Assembly: GCF_016433145.1 (NCBI RefSeq)
Contig: NC_058130.1
Span: 480,076,876-480,140,875, forward strand
Length of the DNA stretch: 64,000 bases
Reading direction: 5' to 3'
From: Gracilinanus agilis
Lineage: Eukaryota
Position 1 is the stretch's first letter; every line of letters begins with the position of its first letter. A model generated the notes under the pieces. The model ran no database searches, was not told the origin of the DNA, and saw nothing but the letters and a program-made list of their open reading frames with translations. Below, in pieces: positions 1 to 13,852 of the stretch. Made by a program: the position numbers and the translations under genes.

Positions 1-451
1 TGGTGCAACACCTACAAAATAGATTTACAGATGGAATCAATGACCCCTTGTAATATTACTCCATGGCAGTCTAGTGATTTGAGGATCACAGATAGGAAGC
101 AACTGCATTAAATTCTGCCTAGGGTCCTATTTGGTTGTAAAATTCTTATGATTGTAATAATCAACAGAAGATCCAGTCTGTAACAATTACTTTCAACAAT
201 GTTAAATGCAATTAAATAAACATTAATGTATCTTGTAACACATGAAAAACTTTGTTTCTATTAGAAAGTACTTAGAATGATATTGAAGATAAAGCAATAG
301 GATCTGAAAGACATTCCATTATTGGTTGATTTTTCAAGGGAAAGAGAAGGCCACTCTTTAGCCAAGAAAGGAGCGTGAGATTGATACTATTGTACTAAAT
401 AATTTTTGAGAACTTTTTATATATATGACGTATCTAATAAAAGAGCCAAGA

Positions 452-473
452 CATATATCATATATATATGTAC

Positions 474-505
<32 letters not shown>
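452..505. repeat. (TA)n-rich microsatellite
   Basis: Interrupted TA dinucleotide run (acatatatcatatatatatgtacatatatatatatatatacatatatatatatata). Confidence 0.9.
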
Positions 506-506
<1 letters not shown>

Positions 507-1884
507 AAATGGAAAGCATAGATTTTCACTTATATATAGTTTTCATTTTAAAAAAAGGTAACAAAAGATTCAGTATAGTTCAGATTTATTTTGTTAGCTA
601 AGAATTCCAGAGGCAACTTCAGACAGATTTTATTTTTAACACCACTTTAAAGATAATAATGTTAACAATTATGTTCCCTTTGTCCCACTATTTTCAGTAC
701 TAGCACTAGCACTACCTTGATCTCATTTCTAATCAAAATATGCTCTTGGTATGCCTGTCATTTCTCATAGAATGAATATGTATATGTATCATATATATTT
801 TAGCATATGTGTTTATCTATCTAGACACACACATATATAAAACTTTCCTAATTTATGAGACTTGGTCAATCATAGGCAACTTTGACTATTTTGGGAACAG
901 AAAAATAATGAACATTTCTTCTGATTAGAATGTTTAATAGTTTTTATTGTCACTCAAATCCATGGTCAAGAAGTCCCTAAAAACAAATGACTAGAGAATT
1001 CTTTAAGTTGCTTTATTTTTGGTAGTTTGGAACCCCAGAATTATGCTCCTCATAAAATATACATAAATGGTTTGATTCAAGGTTAATTCATGACTTTTTA
1101 TTTCATAAACAATAGAGCATAAATAATAGTGAGTGCCAAACAATTTAAGAAGTCAGAATTCTCCTATATTCATAGGAGAGAAGTGAGGAGAAAAGTGGAG
1201 GGATCGAGCCTGGACAAATGACTTTGAATACAGTGGTGGATCAGAGATATGAAAGTAGAAAACATATATGATGCAGGCAAGTTCTGTTATTGGAGAATAA
1301 AGTGGTAGCAGTGTGAATGTGTGTGTATGTATCTGTTTATGTTCCATAAATCTAGTTTTCAGATGTTGGGGAAAGTTCATATTTAGCATAGCTCCTATTA
1401 TAATAATAACTTTAGAGATACTTTTTGCTTAAACAGATATGTCCATAACATATGCAAAATATAAAAGCACATATACTGCATGATTAAAATTTTTTCTGTT
1501 ATACTTAACAATTTAACATTTAGTACTTTCTTATGAGTTATTTGTTATCTCTGTGAATGTTAAAGTTGGCTTAATACTTCAGGATCTGCCTTCATTAGTC
1601 TGAAATAGAATTTTGATTAAAGGAACTTTAATTACATATTTTAGATATTCTTGAAACAATTCTCAGTTTATATAATAGTTATTAAATCCACTTGCCCTCA
1701 ATCATATTGATTCTGTGTTCTAAAAAGGGAGTGAAGACTAATAGACAGGAAGGCTCTGTGAAGTATACTGGGGAAAAAGCAAATTGCTAAGGCTCTGGAA
1801 ATCTATGTTCTACTTCAAAATCGGGCTATTTACTATGTAGAGAAGTCAGTATGATTCAGTTGTGTGATGAGTAGATGGATTTAA

Positions 1885-2030
1885 GAACATCTGGATTTCA
1901 TTCTCCACTTAGATACCATCTGTGTGTCCTTAGGATATTTATTTAATTTCTAGGCCTCAGCTTCCACATTTGTAAACATGACATAATAATAAATATCTCA
2001 CAGGGTGATAAAGAGCAGAAAGGTGAGTAT
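1885..2030 (+). mobile_element. MIR/CORE-SINE remnant
   Basis: Degenerate CORE motif ggcctcagcttccacatttgtaaacatg...ataataaatatctcacagggtg; boundaries approximate. Confidence 0.65.
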
Positions 2031-4585
2031 CTACAAAATAATATATAAAAATTAAAGCACAACATAAATGTTAACTATTATCATTATGTAACATTGGATA
2101 TTGTGGTATAACATTAGATTTAATGCAGTAAATTGATGATATGTGTATCTTTTGCATGTAATATTCTAGCTACACCTGTCTCTTTTACCTTTTCTATCCC
2201 ACACCAAAGAACTAATGTTCTGACATTTTTCCTTTGCTTAATTTTCACCAATGATTCACAACAGTCATATCCCTGGAAGACAATGGAGAGAGAAGAATGT
2301 GCAGAACATAGGAAATAACACATTTGGTATGGGAAGGAGGATTCTGAGGGTCTTGATGGAGATAGGACCACACCAGGCTCTTGATGACATAGATGCTAGA
2401 TTGAGAAGTGTATACATTTTTAAACCATTATAGCATTGGGAAGTTTAAGAGAATGAAGCTCAGCAAGCTTCCCTATGATATGAGAAGTGGTGATAAGCAC
2501 GGATAGCCGACATACAACTGCACTATTTGTTCTCCCAGTGCAAATAAGATAGGCTGTTTTTAGAGCAATTGTCTAAACACACCATGAGGAAAACAAAGAA
2601 AAACTGAAATGCACTTTAATATCTTCAAGGAGTCGGAATATCTATGAACAGATACTTCTTGAGATTATGTGACCCAGTTCCTAGTGCAGGTGGCAGTATA
2701 GAAATGGAGGTAAGGGTAATTTTTCTCCTCTCTATAATGTTGGAATGGGGACTAAAGTAAGTCCTTGTTTCATGTAAAATGTCTTTGTTAACATTTTGAT
2801 CAAATATATTTTATAAAATAATGATAATAGTAGAAGTGATTACAGGAGGCATAGGTCAAATAAGGAATGAGAATAACTAGTAGATTAAGGCATTTAGTGA
2901 AATGATTCGATTGTCTTATATAAACACAAAACCCTAAGCAAAAACAGGGCACAGACCACAGCCAGAAAGAGGTATGTGGAGACTGGCAATTATTTGCACT
3001 TATGTCTTAAGAGAGAGAAACAAGTAACTTAACCAAGATTCTTAAGAGTCTCTGGTGCTAAGTAGTTTCTATTACATAAAAAAGGGATGGGTTAAAGGCT
3101 TCCTCAAAGAGTATCTTCATAATAAAATGGGACTTTTGCATTCAATATTAGAATCTAATATAAACTTATTGATACAAATTTTATTACTAGTAAAGAATAC
3201 TCTTATGATATATGGAAGTGTGTTTATTTGGAGGAGAGGCTTATTTGGGGGTGGGAAGTGATTCTAATTTGATGATTCAGAAATTAACTGGCAGGACCAG
3301 AGCAGAGAGAATACAGGGGGAAATGGATAAAGGCTAAGCAATCTTAAGGCTAGAAAATGTTCCTAGTAGAGGTGACTAATAGAAAAAAGGTCCAAAAGGT
3401 CAACCAAAAAGGAACATCAAAATGAAAAGTAATAATTGAAAGACAAATGAATGCCCCTGAGATTGTTATGTGTGTTATGCCAAGTAAAAGATGGAGAATC
3501 AGGAAGTTGTGGGTACCTGATTAAGAAGCGATAGATTTCTTTGTGTCAGTGAAAATAGAGCAAGACAGTTTCCTTGGGTTATTTGTAACAATAGTCTAGC
3601 AAAGTTCTTTAGAAGAAATGTTTAAAAGAAAGCTATTTTGATTTTGGAGTCATTCAACTCTTCTCAGACTTAATTTCCTCTTCTGTAAGATGGCAAAAAG
3701 TTATATCACAAAGATCCTAAGTTTCTTTCTAGCTCTAAATCTCTAATATGTCTTTCTTACTTATTTGAGAGTAAAATGCTACAAGTCAGAATAGGAAGAA
3801 CCAAAACAAGTACTGTGGTACATTTTCCCAAACTGAATTCTATGACTATACTCATGACATTTATGTACATACATTGTATGTGTGTATTAAGTTACAAAAC
3901 CTGTTGTGCTATACATCTGATTTTTTTATTCAAAATGCCAAATTTTGCTATGATTTAAATTATTCAGCAGGGGGAAGATGGGTAAAAGAAAGTTCTAGTG
4001 CTAGGGAGTGGTCACAAGGATAAAGTCTAAAGAAAAATTCCTTTTAAGTTTTTAGGAGTGATTCAAATTAGAAGAAAAACTGAACAGGAGCTTTTGGTTT
4101 AAGTGGTTTAAAGGGCAAAAATAAATTGATGAAAGGAAAAATAAACCAAATGATGATTTAAAATCAAACAGGATCATCTTTAGAGCAATAAAGCTCAATA
4201 ATAGCCAATGGAAGGAGCTCAACAGGAAGAAGAAACATAGATTAAATCTATTTTTAAGTGACTACTTTTCCTCTTCAATATCAATGAGAAAAATCATATA
4301 TTGTTTCTAAAGATTAAATCCCTAAAATATTTCATAAGAGAAGGAAAGCGTCACTTAAGAAAATAAAGTTCAGAAAAGTAGCTGGAGAAGATCATATATA
4401 AATGGATAAAATTTATGCTAGAGGTGAGATCACACTATTAGTAGAGGGATCATTTTAAAGATACATAAAAGAGAAAAAAATATTAAATGACTTGAAAAAA
4501 ATCACAGACATTTTCCTCTGCCCCTCAAAAAGACTCAAAAGAAGATATCTGTATCTACAAATCCATGTCTCCATCCTAATCTGCA

Positions 4586-4597
4586 ATCTATCTATCA

Positions 4598-4664
<67 letters not shown>
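4586..4664. repeat. (TCTA)n tetranucleotide microsatellite
   Basis: Near-perfect TCTA run; explains the IYLS-repeat ORF 4492-4698. Confidence 0.95.
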
Positions 4665-4665
<1 letters not shown>

Positions 4666-5740
4666 GTATGTCTGTCTATATCTCTATCTACCACTTAAGG
4701 ATTGCAAAACTCATTGACCATATTATGTCATCTTGAGAAAAGAACAGTCTGTCTTTAACAAATTACATTCCACAGGACACAACACCATCAGGGTTACAAA
4801 AGAGATAAGGATATTCTAGACTCTATTTTGTGTATTGCTAGTTAATTATATTAAAACATTAAGAACCACAGTACTTGAATAGGGAAAGGAAAAGACTGTC
4901 TTAAAGACTTTCCTCCAAAATGATGTCATCATGACTATATTGCAATCATAAAAAATTCATTATTATATGCATCCGCAGGGAATACCATTTGATTGATGAG
5001 TTGGACATTCAAAAGGTAGAAGTGTTTGATATAATCAAGAATGCTTTCTAATATAAAGTACAAGTTGAAAAGTAATCTAAATTTGATTGTGAGGTTCCAC
5101 AAATGCTTTTTCTTGATAGAAAGTATACTAATAATTGGCTCAAACTCAAGAAAGATTCCTTCTACATAAGATCCACAATCACTCAAAAACTTTGGGCTAA
5201 TTTTTGACAGGAAAAATCAAATGGATGAAGAATTCCAATTATCTAACAAATGTATGGACATGAAAAACATAAATCTAATTTATTAATATATTTATTTATG
5301 TATAGGTTTTATATACATGTGTATATATATACATATATATTTCTGCCATCTCAGAGATATGCATATAATATCAGAATATATATGTGTATACTTATAGATA
5401 AATCCTGAAATACAAATATACACATTTTATGCATAATATATTTAGATGCCTCAATATCTGTGAATGAAGAATATGCACACTATGTGTTTTATATTTTATA
5501 TTTTGTTTTAGTCTATAAGTAGATATGTATGTGTAAAATGCATGTATGTGGGTATATATACAAATGTATGTGAATTCATGAAGCTGGCATAGACTTCAGG
5601 AAAAAGTGCCAGGGATCCCATTTGGATGGCTACAATGTCACTTCAAGAATTACCAAGTTGCTTAAAATGTATGGTTTTACTAGATTTAATGCTGAAATAT
5701 CATTTTTGAAATAAATAATAAGCATACATAGAGCTTTTTG

Positions 5741-5870
5741 AAAAACAAACCTTCTTTACTTTCCATATAAAGACCAATACTGTGTATTTGTTCTAAGGCA
5801 GGAGAATGGTAAGAGTCAATGGAAGTTAAGTGACTTGTCTAGGGTCACACAGTGAGGAAGTGTCTGAGAC
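5741..5870 (-). mobile_element. Truncated older SINE-1_MD-like SINE
   Basis: caatactgtgtatttgttctaaggcaggagaatggtaag...gtgacttgtctagggtcacacag resembles the antisense 3' part of the young SINE copies elsewhere in this window. Confidence 0.65.
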
Positions 5871-6289
5871 ATATTGATTTTTAAAACATTTTCATTATCA
5901 AATATCTTTGAGATCCTGTCATATAAACTAATTGAAAGAAGAAAGTTAATTTTTAATAGGAAGATGAGATACTTAAAAATATATCTTTGAGGGGAACATT
6001 TTGGAAGTTACTCACTATTGTGCAGATCACAACATATCATTCCTATCTCATTCAATTTTTTCCCATCTTTTCCACAAAGATGACACAGGGTGTCAGTGAA
6101 CATGCATTTAGTGAGCCTTCCTTCCTTTTTTTCCAGCATAAGATACCTATCTTATCTTGTTCTCACAATATTATCAACCTATGTTTCCTTGCTATTATGT
6201 GGATCCTTTGAGAACTTTTACTCATATTCTTTGAAATTCTTTAGTGATTATGTGTCTTGGGCTGATCATACTCACAAAACATTTCTTCA

Positions 6290-6425
6290 TTGCCTTCTGT
6301 GTGATATTCTTGTTTACCTTAGTTTCTTCATTTGTAAAATAAGCTAGAGAAGGAAATGGAAATCCATTCTAGTATCTTTGCTAAGAAAACCCTAAATAGG
6401 GCATAGTCAGACATAACTGATGATG
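6290..6425 (+). mobile_element. Mar1-like CORE-SINE (RTE-type tail)
   Basis: cttagtttcttcatttgtaaaataagctagagaaggaaatggaaatccattctagtatctttgctaagaaaaccctaaatagggcatagtcagacataactga: CORE plus Mar1/RTE tail. Confidence 0.7.
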
Positions 6426-6699
6426 GCTGAACAATAGCAACAAAGAATATGTAACAGACCTTCATTTGGCTAACTTTGCATTACTATTCTTTATGCTCTG
6501 TCCATTTTTGCCAAAATGTTATAATGTTATACGTGCTGAATCATGGACTCTACATTTCATTTACCATATCCTTGACTCTATAGAGGTTGTACAAGATGCA
6601 TATAATGGATCCTACATCACCTGTACCCTTGAGAGTTGTGACCTTTATTCAAACTTCAAATCAATTACCACATTAACATTAGAAGATCAGTTTGAATTT

Positions 6700-6840
6700 T
6701 AACTCTGCTACTGAGTCACCTTGGGTAAATCCATTAATCTCTGTTAGTCTCAATTTCTTTTTCTGTAAAATGAAGTGTGTAGATTTAGATGGCCTCTAAT
6801 GTCCTTACTAGATCAAAACTTATAATTCTCTAATTCCTCT
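6700..6840 (+). mobile_element. MIR/MIR3-like remnant
   Basis: ccttgggtaaatccattaatctctgttagtctcaatttc...ctgtaaaatgaag...agatggcctctaatgtcc. Confidence 0.6.
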
Positions 6841-7130
6841 ATGGAAAAATTTCCTGATTTCCCATCCCTAATTGTTAGCACTATCTCTGTCCCCATCTCA
6901 AACTATTCCATAGATACTAATCAATTTAATACATTTTACCCCTCCACCTCTCACACAGATTATAAACTTCTCAAGATTTGGTTTTAAGTTTTGTCTTTTT
7001 ATACCTGTTACCTAGGTCAGGGTTTTGCACATAATAGCTATTTCAGAAATGTGTTTTGGTTTTCGTTAGATTAGATTAGAAGTTGCCAATTTATTTTGGA
7101 TAGTAATGATTAAAAGCTATCTTTATAATG

Positions 7131-7132
<2 letters not shown>

Positions 7133-7161
<29 letters not shown>
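7133..7161. repeat. (AAT)n trinucleotide microsatellite
   Basis: About 9 perfect AAT units. Confidence 0.95.
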
Positions 7162-7162
<1 letters not shown>

Positions 7163-7559
7163 GAGCTTTCCTATTTTGTCCTAAGACCTCTTCCATGCTC
7201 CCAACAACTAGGAATACTTTTTCTTTCTTTAACCATTAGTGCAAAAATTCTTGATTATAGTTCTGGACAAAGTAATGTTCCATTTATTTGAATGGAAAGG
7301 AAAAAGTAAAAGATCATAAATTTTAATGACTGGGTTCTACTTGAAACCATCAAGCTAGAACTCTTTCTCATAATTAATACATTTTTCCACAGTTCAGAAT
7401 CCTTTCTCTCATACTGTCTTGTTTTCTGATCTTTGGTGAGACCTATCTTTTCCTGAATGATACTAAAAGCTGTATCCATCGCGATCCTTTCCAATCACTG
7501 AATTAACCTTCTTTAATGCATACACACTTTCAGATTATTTTTCTATGGCTGTCATTTAG

Positions 7560-8950
7560 AAACGTCTCCTTTTAAGTCACTATAATCACATTTATTAAAC
7601 AATTCAGAACTTGTTAGCTGTTGTCAAATTACACGTAGGCCATTTTCTCTCCTTTTTCAATCTGTTCTGTATCTAGTCTATAGTGTCTCTCTTCACCCTA
7701 ATTTCTGTCCTTGTACTTTGGGATGACAACATATATGTTATTCTTTTCTTTGAGAACCATAACCTCCCATTTTTAATCTGTTCAGCTTCCATGGATTACT
7801 TTCCTGCCCCATCTTGGCTATCTCTGTGGCCAAATCTTTTTTTTAACATTTTTGATTTGGCCATTAGCCACAAGTGCTCCACTTACAGGATAAAGATTAA
7901 AAATTTCTTCATTAAAATTTGTTCTTGCTCCTTTCTTTAGTCTCTCTAGATCTCCTGTTACTTTTTCTACTTTCCATAAATTTATCCATCTCAATAATTC
8001 TAAAAATAATTCACCCTATTACATTTGTAGTACTATTTTTCTATATTTTTCAGTAATATTTCATGAAAAAGTCACATAACATTTGGTCTTGCCACATCCT
8101 CTCTTTTTGCTCTCATTCCAGTTCCCTTTCATTTGGCTGATGACTTTGTCATTCAATTGAAATTGCTTTTTCAATAGTCCTGTTAGGGGCTCTCCCTTTT
8201 TTCTTTATTTTCTCCCAGAAATTTTTTGATGATTTCATCAATTACCATAATGCACATGCTCATTTCTACTTAGCTAACTCACATATTTAAACATCACACC
8301 CACTGCCTACTAGACAAGTTCACAATGGGTTTTCCAGAGACATGTCTAACTCAAGAGCTAAAAAACAACTCATCTTCACTTGTCCCTAAATCACTCATGT
8401 TACAAAACTCACATTCTCAGCCTTGGTATTATGCTTAACTTCTCACTCTAATTCTAGCCACGTAGACAATAAGTTACCACAATTTCTACTTGCACAATAT
8501 TTTCACACAAGTTCTTCCTCTCCCCTCAAAGAGTTAATATCAAAATGCAGAGACTCTAATCCTTACTACAAAGCCTCCTGTTTGAACACCTGTCTCCAGA
8601 CTCTCCCTACCCTTATCCTACCATCCCAGCTGCCAAAAATATATTCCTACTGCATGAGCAAACTCCAAGGAACACTATTGACTCCCTATTGCTTTGGGGA
8701 TAAAATATAAACTTCTGTTTAGAATTCAAGTCTCTCCCATTGTGCCCATTTTCTATCCTGTCATCTCTCTTATGTTTTAGTTCTTCCTTACACTATGGAT
8801 TTTAGTCATATTGGTCCCTGTTCCACATATAGGAGCATTCCCATTTTTTTTTGCCTCTGTGTCTTTGCACTAACTGCCCTCAATGCCCCAAAAAAGTACT
8901 TCTTGCTCTCTTCTGCCACATGAATCCCTGGGTTTCTTTTAAGACTCAGT
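7560..8950 (+). mobile_element. LINE-2 (L2) 3' fragment
   Basis: Pyrimidine-rich L2-type sequence with decayed RT C-terminal coding (cactgcctactagac...ctcaagagctaaaaaacaactcatc, resembling CLLDIS...LKLNMSKTELI) and an L2-like 3' region; boundaries approximate. Confidence 0.6.
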
Positions 8951-8999
8951 TGATTTTCTTCTGAGATATGTCTAGGGATCAACAAGTGCTTCTATATTG

Positions 9000-9450
9000 G
9001 TGTGATCTGGGGAGAAGTGTGGTCACTGCTTTCCTGGTCCTTGCTCTTGTCTTTTTCCGGGAAGGGCCCTTGGTACCCTGCATCTAAAAGATGCTTCTCG
9101 TGGCCCTGGAACTTGTTACCTACTACCTTGTTTCCCTGAAGCTACAAGTTCTATGGTGCTCCCCTCTGCCTTTCATCTATGATCAAAGACTCTGCTTGCT
9201 TGTGACTGACTATGGGCACTTCTGTCTTCCCTGGAACTGTGTGGTCCAGAACTGAATGTGGATAATACAGCTGTCAAATAGCACCAGATGCTGTGCCCAT
9301 GGTCAGCAAAGAATCTCCTATAAGATCTTTCTGAGTAGTCGTTCAATTCTCTTGCCATCTCTTCACTCAAAAACACCTGAAGTTACTGTTGGTATTACAA
9401 CTGTCCCCAAAGCCACAAACTTCTTCTGCCAACCTCCTAAGTTGTCTTAG
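9000..9450. other. Unidentified coding-like insert (possible processed pseudogene fragment)
   Basis: Higher GC than flanks, long nearly open frames on both strands (minus: EEMARELNDYSERSYRRFFADHGH...); parent not recognised. Confidence 0.25.
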
Positions 9451-12400
9451 ATAGGAAAAATGTGTTACTCTGAACTTTTCTTGCCTCTATCACCCCATAA
9501 TTTGATTTGAGACATTATTTTAAGATTATTTGGGGTAACTCATTGAGAGATTTCAATGAGTTGCTGCCTTTATCCCATCACCATGGTACAAAGTAAGTGT
9601 TAGGTTTTTCTGACTCCAGCCCCAGCATTCTATGTTCAATGCAATCTAGCTGCTCCTAGAGAATTACCACTTCAAATATGCCCTCTGAACAGATGTTTTA
9701 CATCAGTTTACATGTAGAAAATATGTGAAATGGCTAATTCTACTCTCTGATACTAAAACACATAGAATAGTAAGTAATAAAAAAAAACTTTTTTTACTTT
9801 AGAGTTATAATTTAATAAATTGATGATTTAAAGAGAAAATAATAAATTATGTTCATTTTTGATTTAAATTATTTATTGATAAGTGTTAGAAATAACCTAG
9901 CCTATTTTACTTACTGATAAATATTAGAAATACTTGTGTTGTTATTTTTTATTTTGTTTGCTTTGTTTTGTTTATTTTTTTATTTGCTCTTGTCTTTATC
10001 CAGGAAGGGCCCTTGATACCCTGCATCTTGTTTATTATCTAACTGGCTGTCATACTTAGTAGAACCCGACTCAAAATATGACTAACATCCAGGGGTATGA
10101 TATAGATTGTGCAGAAAGGGATACAGTTTAGAAGTGGGGCAAATGAGAGGTGGCACTATTATAATAACAGTGGAAAATGTATATTCTTAAAAAGCAAGTG
10201 AAATATGCCTGGGGCTAGCAAGTATCAGGGGATTTGAAAGTCTCTAACAACTTAAGTTTAGAATATGGAATATTTCTCCCAGAAGAAACATTTTCTCAAA
10301 ACTTCCTAACACAAAATCTCTTTAAACCATTCTTCATTAATTATGAGGTTGTTTTAAAAATTGTTATTTGTTGCATTAGAGAAGTACCATCTGGTTGCTA
10401 TAGTTACTAATGTGGAAGTGGGGATCATTTTACCTTGTATCTATCTTTATGCATTTGTATATAGGATCCTTAGTTATACTCATTAGTTTCTAGTTTGAAT
10501 TTTTGAAATCATGAGTACAGAGTATTAGTATTTTCTCTAAGGGTTCATAAATTTGGTTAAGTGAAATAAAAATACATACATTCACATCTCTTTATACAGA
10601 ATTTATTTGGCATATAATAAAGGTTAATGAATTATATTTTAAATACTTTGAAAATTCAAGGTTTGGTTTAAGATAAGAATAATCTCTATAATCTTGAATA
10701 TTTCAGTCATATAGATTTCCCTATTTTCTGATTACATTCTGATCAGCACTGCTAAATACATGATATATATTCAAATGTATCATTTGGGGGGCACACACAT
10801 ACATATAGGTATATAGGAATATGTGCACATAAGTATAGACATATGTATTTCAGTGAATAACTACATTCACCTGTAACTGTTTTACTACATTTATTGACAT
10901 GTATGTATAATCTATCTATCTGTCTATCTATCATCTTCTAAAATTGAATTTAATGGAGCAGAATAATTTCTCACCATGTAAAGAAATGAAGCTGACAAAA
11001 TTCCTTGTCATTTGATGTTTAGTATTTTTGGAATTGTTTTCCAGATTTGCATAAATGAAACTTATGTATCAGTCAACAAGAAAAACAGCAAAGCTAATGA
11101 ATTGCGAATCCACTAAAAGAAATGAACTAGATTTCATCCTATATTACACTATGAGAATTCTAAAACAGTTATATGAGATGCAAATTTGTCTCTGTTTATA
11201 TAACTAGGCACTTGTTCCTACTCTTTTTGGTAAAGGATTTATAGAATGAGCAACAGAACAATGGTATGTGAAAAAATAAAATAGAAATATAGAATGAATT
11301 GTTATTTTGGGGATATGAATGATTTATTCTCTGTTTGTTCTATTATATTAGCTATACCTTGTTTTTCTCTTTCATCAAAGAGCTTATTGTTATACTCATT
11401 TTCCATTTTCTCATATTTTGTTTCATATATTCTATATGATATTTATAATGAATAGATAACAAAGGAAAGATAATTAATACAGAGTAGAAAGAAAAAAATA
11501 AAAAAATAAATATAGAAACCACCATACATGTCATAAAATATAAACTTCCCTTTTACAGAGGCCCCAAAAAATTGACTTGGCCAAGTTCACGCATAGATTT
11601 CATAAATGAACATTTGTTACAATCCCAGGCTCCTAATTAACAATACAAAAGCAAAAAATGATTTGGAGTAGGTATAGAATAATTGAACAAAGGCTAATAT
11701 CACCACTAACCTAAGAATATTCCTCTATTTGTTTAAGGTGTTTAAAAGGTCTATAAAAAAAATCTGCTGCTATTCTTCATTCCTTGCTGATACTCATTTT
11801 CCTGACTTAGTTTCCCATCATTAGTTAGCTGCTTTCTCAAAATGGAGGGGCCTGTGACATCATCTTCCAGCACCATTGTCACTCTGAATGATCTCTTCAT
11901 CTCTGTGTCTCCTTGTTCTGATTAGTCAGTTCCTCCTGGAATCTTCAGCCTCGGTATTTTCACTCTTTGTTTCCTGGGCCCTTATTCCTGACTCCCCAGA
12001 CCTCTTTCTCTATCAGACTCCCTCACTAATACTATATGCTTGCCCAACTCCCTTTTTCACCTTTCATTTATTTGTCATCCTCCTTGAATTCAAGGAATTT
12101 TGCTTGCATTTTTACTTTCAGTGCTTAGAATAGTGCCTACCATATAGGAAACATTTTATATATGTTGGCTGGTTTAGTAATAATTATTATAACTGGAAAG
12201 ATGTAGCTCTTCAAGTATGCAAAACATTTCTGAATACATTTTTGATATACAGAATATCAAAATCATTTATTTAGATACTATTATGTCCCGTCCATTATGC
12301 TATATACATAGTAGGTATACAAAGACAAAAATGAGATAGTCTCTCATAGGTAATCATGGAGACATGTTTAACTATACATATATTCAAATTGAATGCAAAA

Positions 12401-12639
12401 TAAATGAGAAGGATTTTCAGGCAAGGCCCTAATACCTAGTGGAAATCACAACAGGTCTCATGTAAGACGTACCAGTTTTGCTTAGCTTTGAGGGAAAGAG
12501 GCGTTATAAAAGGTAAAATTGAGAGAATGCATTTCAATCATGGAGGGAAACTTATGCAAAATTCACAGAGCCAGGAGATAGAATGCTAGAGGGACAACCA
12601 GAAAACCAAAATGGCTAGATATTTTGGGGCAATTAGAAG

Positions 12640-12880
12640 TGAAGTGGCTATAATGCTGGTCCTAGTGTCAGGAAGGTGCAAGTTCAAATCTGGCCTCTGA
12701 CACTAAGTAGCTATATAATCCTGAGCAAGTCACTTGATCTCTTTTTGCCTAGGTTTTCTAATTTGTAAAATGATTATAATAATAGCACCTGCCTCGAATG
12801 ATTGTTATGAGAAGTGAATGAGATACCTCAAAGTGCTTAATACAGTGTCTGGCACAAAGTAAGTACTAAACAAATTATAG
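12640..12880 (+). mobile_element. MIR/Mar-type CORE-SINE
   Basis: gtcaggaaggtgcaagttcaaatctggcctctgacact...cctgagcaagtcacttgatctc...ttgtaaaatgattataataatagcacctgcctc...cagtgtctggcacaaagtaagtactaaacaaat. Confidence 0.8.
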
Positions 12881-13852
12881 AAGAGGACATGAAGGAGAAG
12901 GATACAGAATGAACTAGGAAAGGTAATCTGTAGCCAATTTGTAAAGATTTTAAAGTTTCAGACATAAGGGAAATTTGCCTTCTCCTTTACAATATGACAT
13001 CTTCAGTTTTCATGATGAAGCAAAAAAGATTGGACTACCCTCCCATGCAGAAGAATCCCAAATATTAGAAAAATGCATATTGTTCAGTTAGTACACCGAT
13101 ACATATATTTTGAAAAGGAACTTTAATAAATAATGAACTGTTGTCAAGTGAACCATGGGTGAAATAGTGTGGATTATGTTTGGAAATTTGTACAAACCTT
13201 TTAATGATTTCAAATAGGCCCTCTTACCCTTAGACTTCTTATCTCCCAAACAGGATAACAATAGTCATAGCCTAATGGTGCTAGAAGGCATGAATAATGG
13301 TATTCTGTGATCTTAAAAGAATCAATACTTGCAAGTGACAGGAAAGATAATGTAGGAAGAAATTTAATTTAACTCAAAACACATTTGTTAATTCCTACTG
13401 AATATAGGAATTTTGCTTAAAATAAAGCAAAATAATCCTTTTGAATCTGATGTTTTGCTTTATCCTGCACTTCCGATTTTGCAAAGCATTTTTAAAATAT
13501 TATTATGAAATGTTGGCTATGTAAAATACAGTGATTTGGATAAATACTAGAATTGATGTAAATCATTCATTTCCAGGTCCAAACTAATATCTAAGGAAAC
13601 ATGTTGGCCAGTTTCTAGATAGTGTTGAGAACCTTGATTTCTTCAGAATTCCAAAATACCAGGGGTATCAGAAGTGGAATCTTGGGGGTTGAGAGAACTT
13701 TTTAAGCCAATGTACTCTGCATGGACATCAGGAGATATACTGTTGACAATGCTGGCAAATGACTTTCTGAACCAATCTGGTTTCCTAAAGATGTGTCTTT
13801 GTACCTTGAATATTTGCATATTCATGGAATCTCTACTGATCCAGGTGGCTCT

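Noticed and set aside
4492-4698. 68-aa ORF with IYLS repeats
   Set aside because: Translation of the (TCTA)n microsatellite.
13640-13850. Coding-looking frames beside the LTR
   Set aside because: Every frame has stops or no recognisable motif; context across the LTR looks like decayed L2 or unique DNA.
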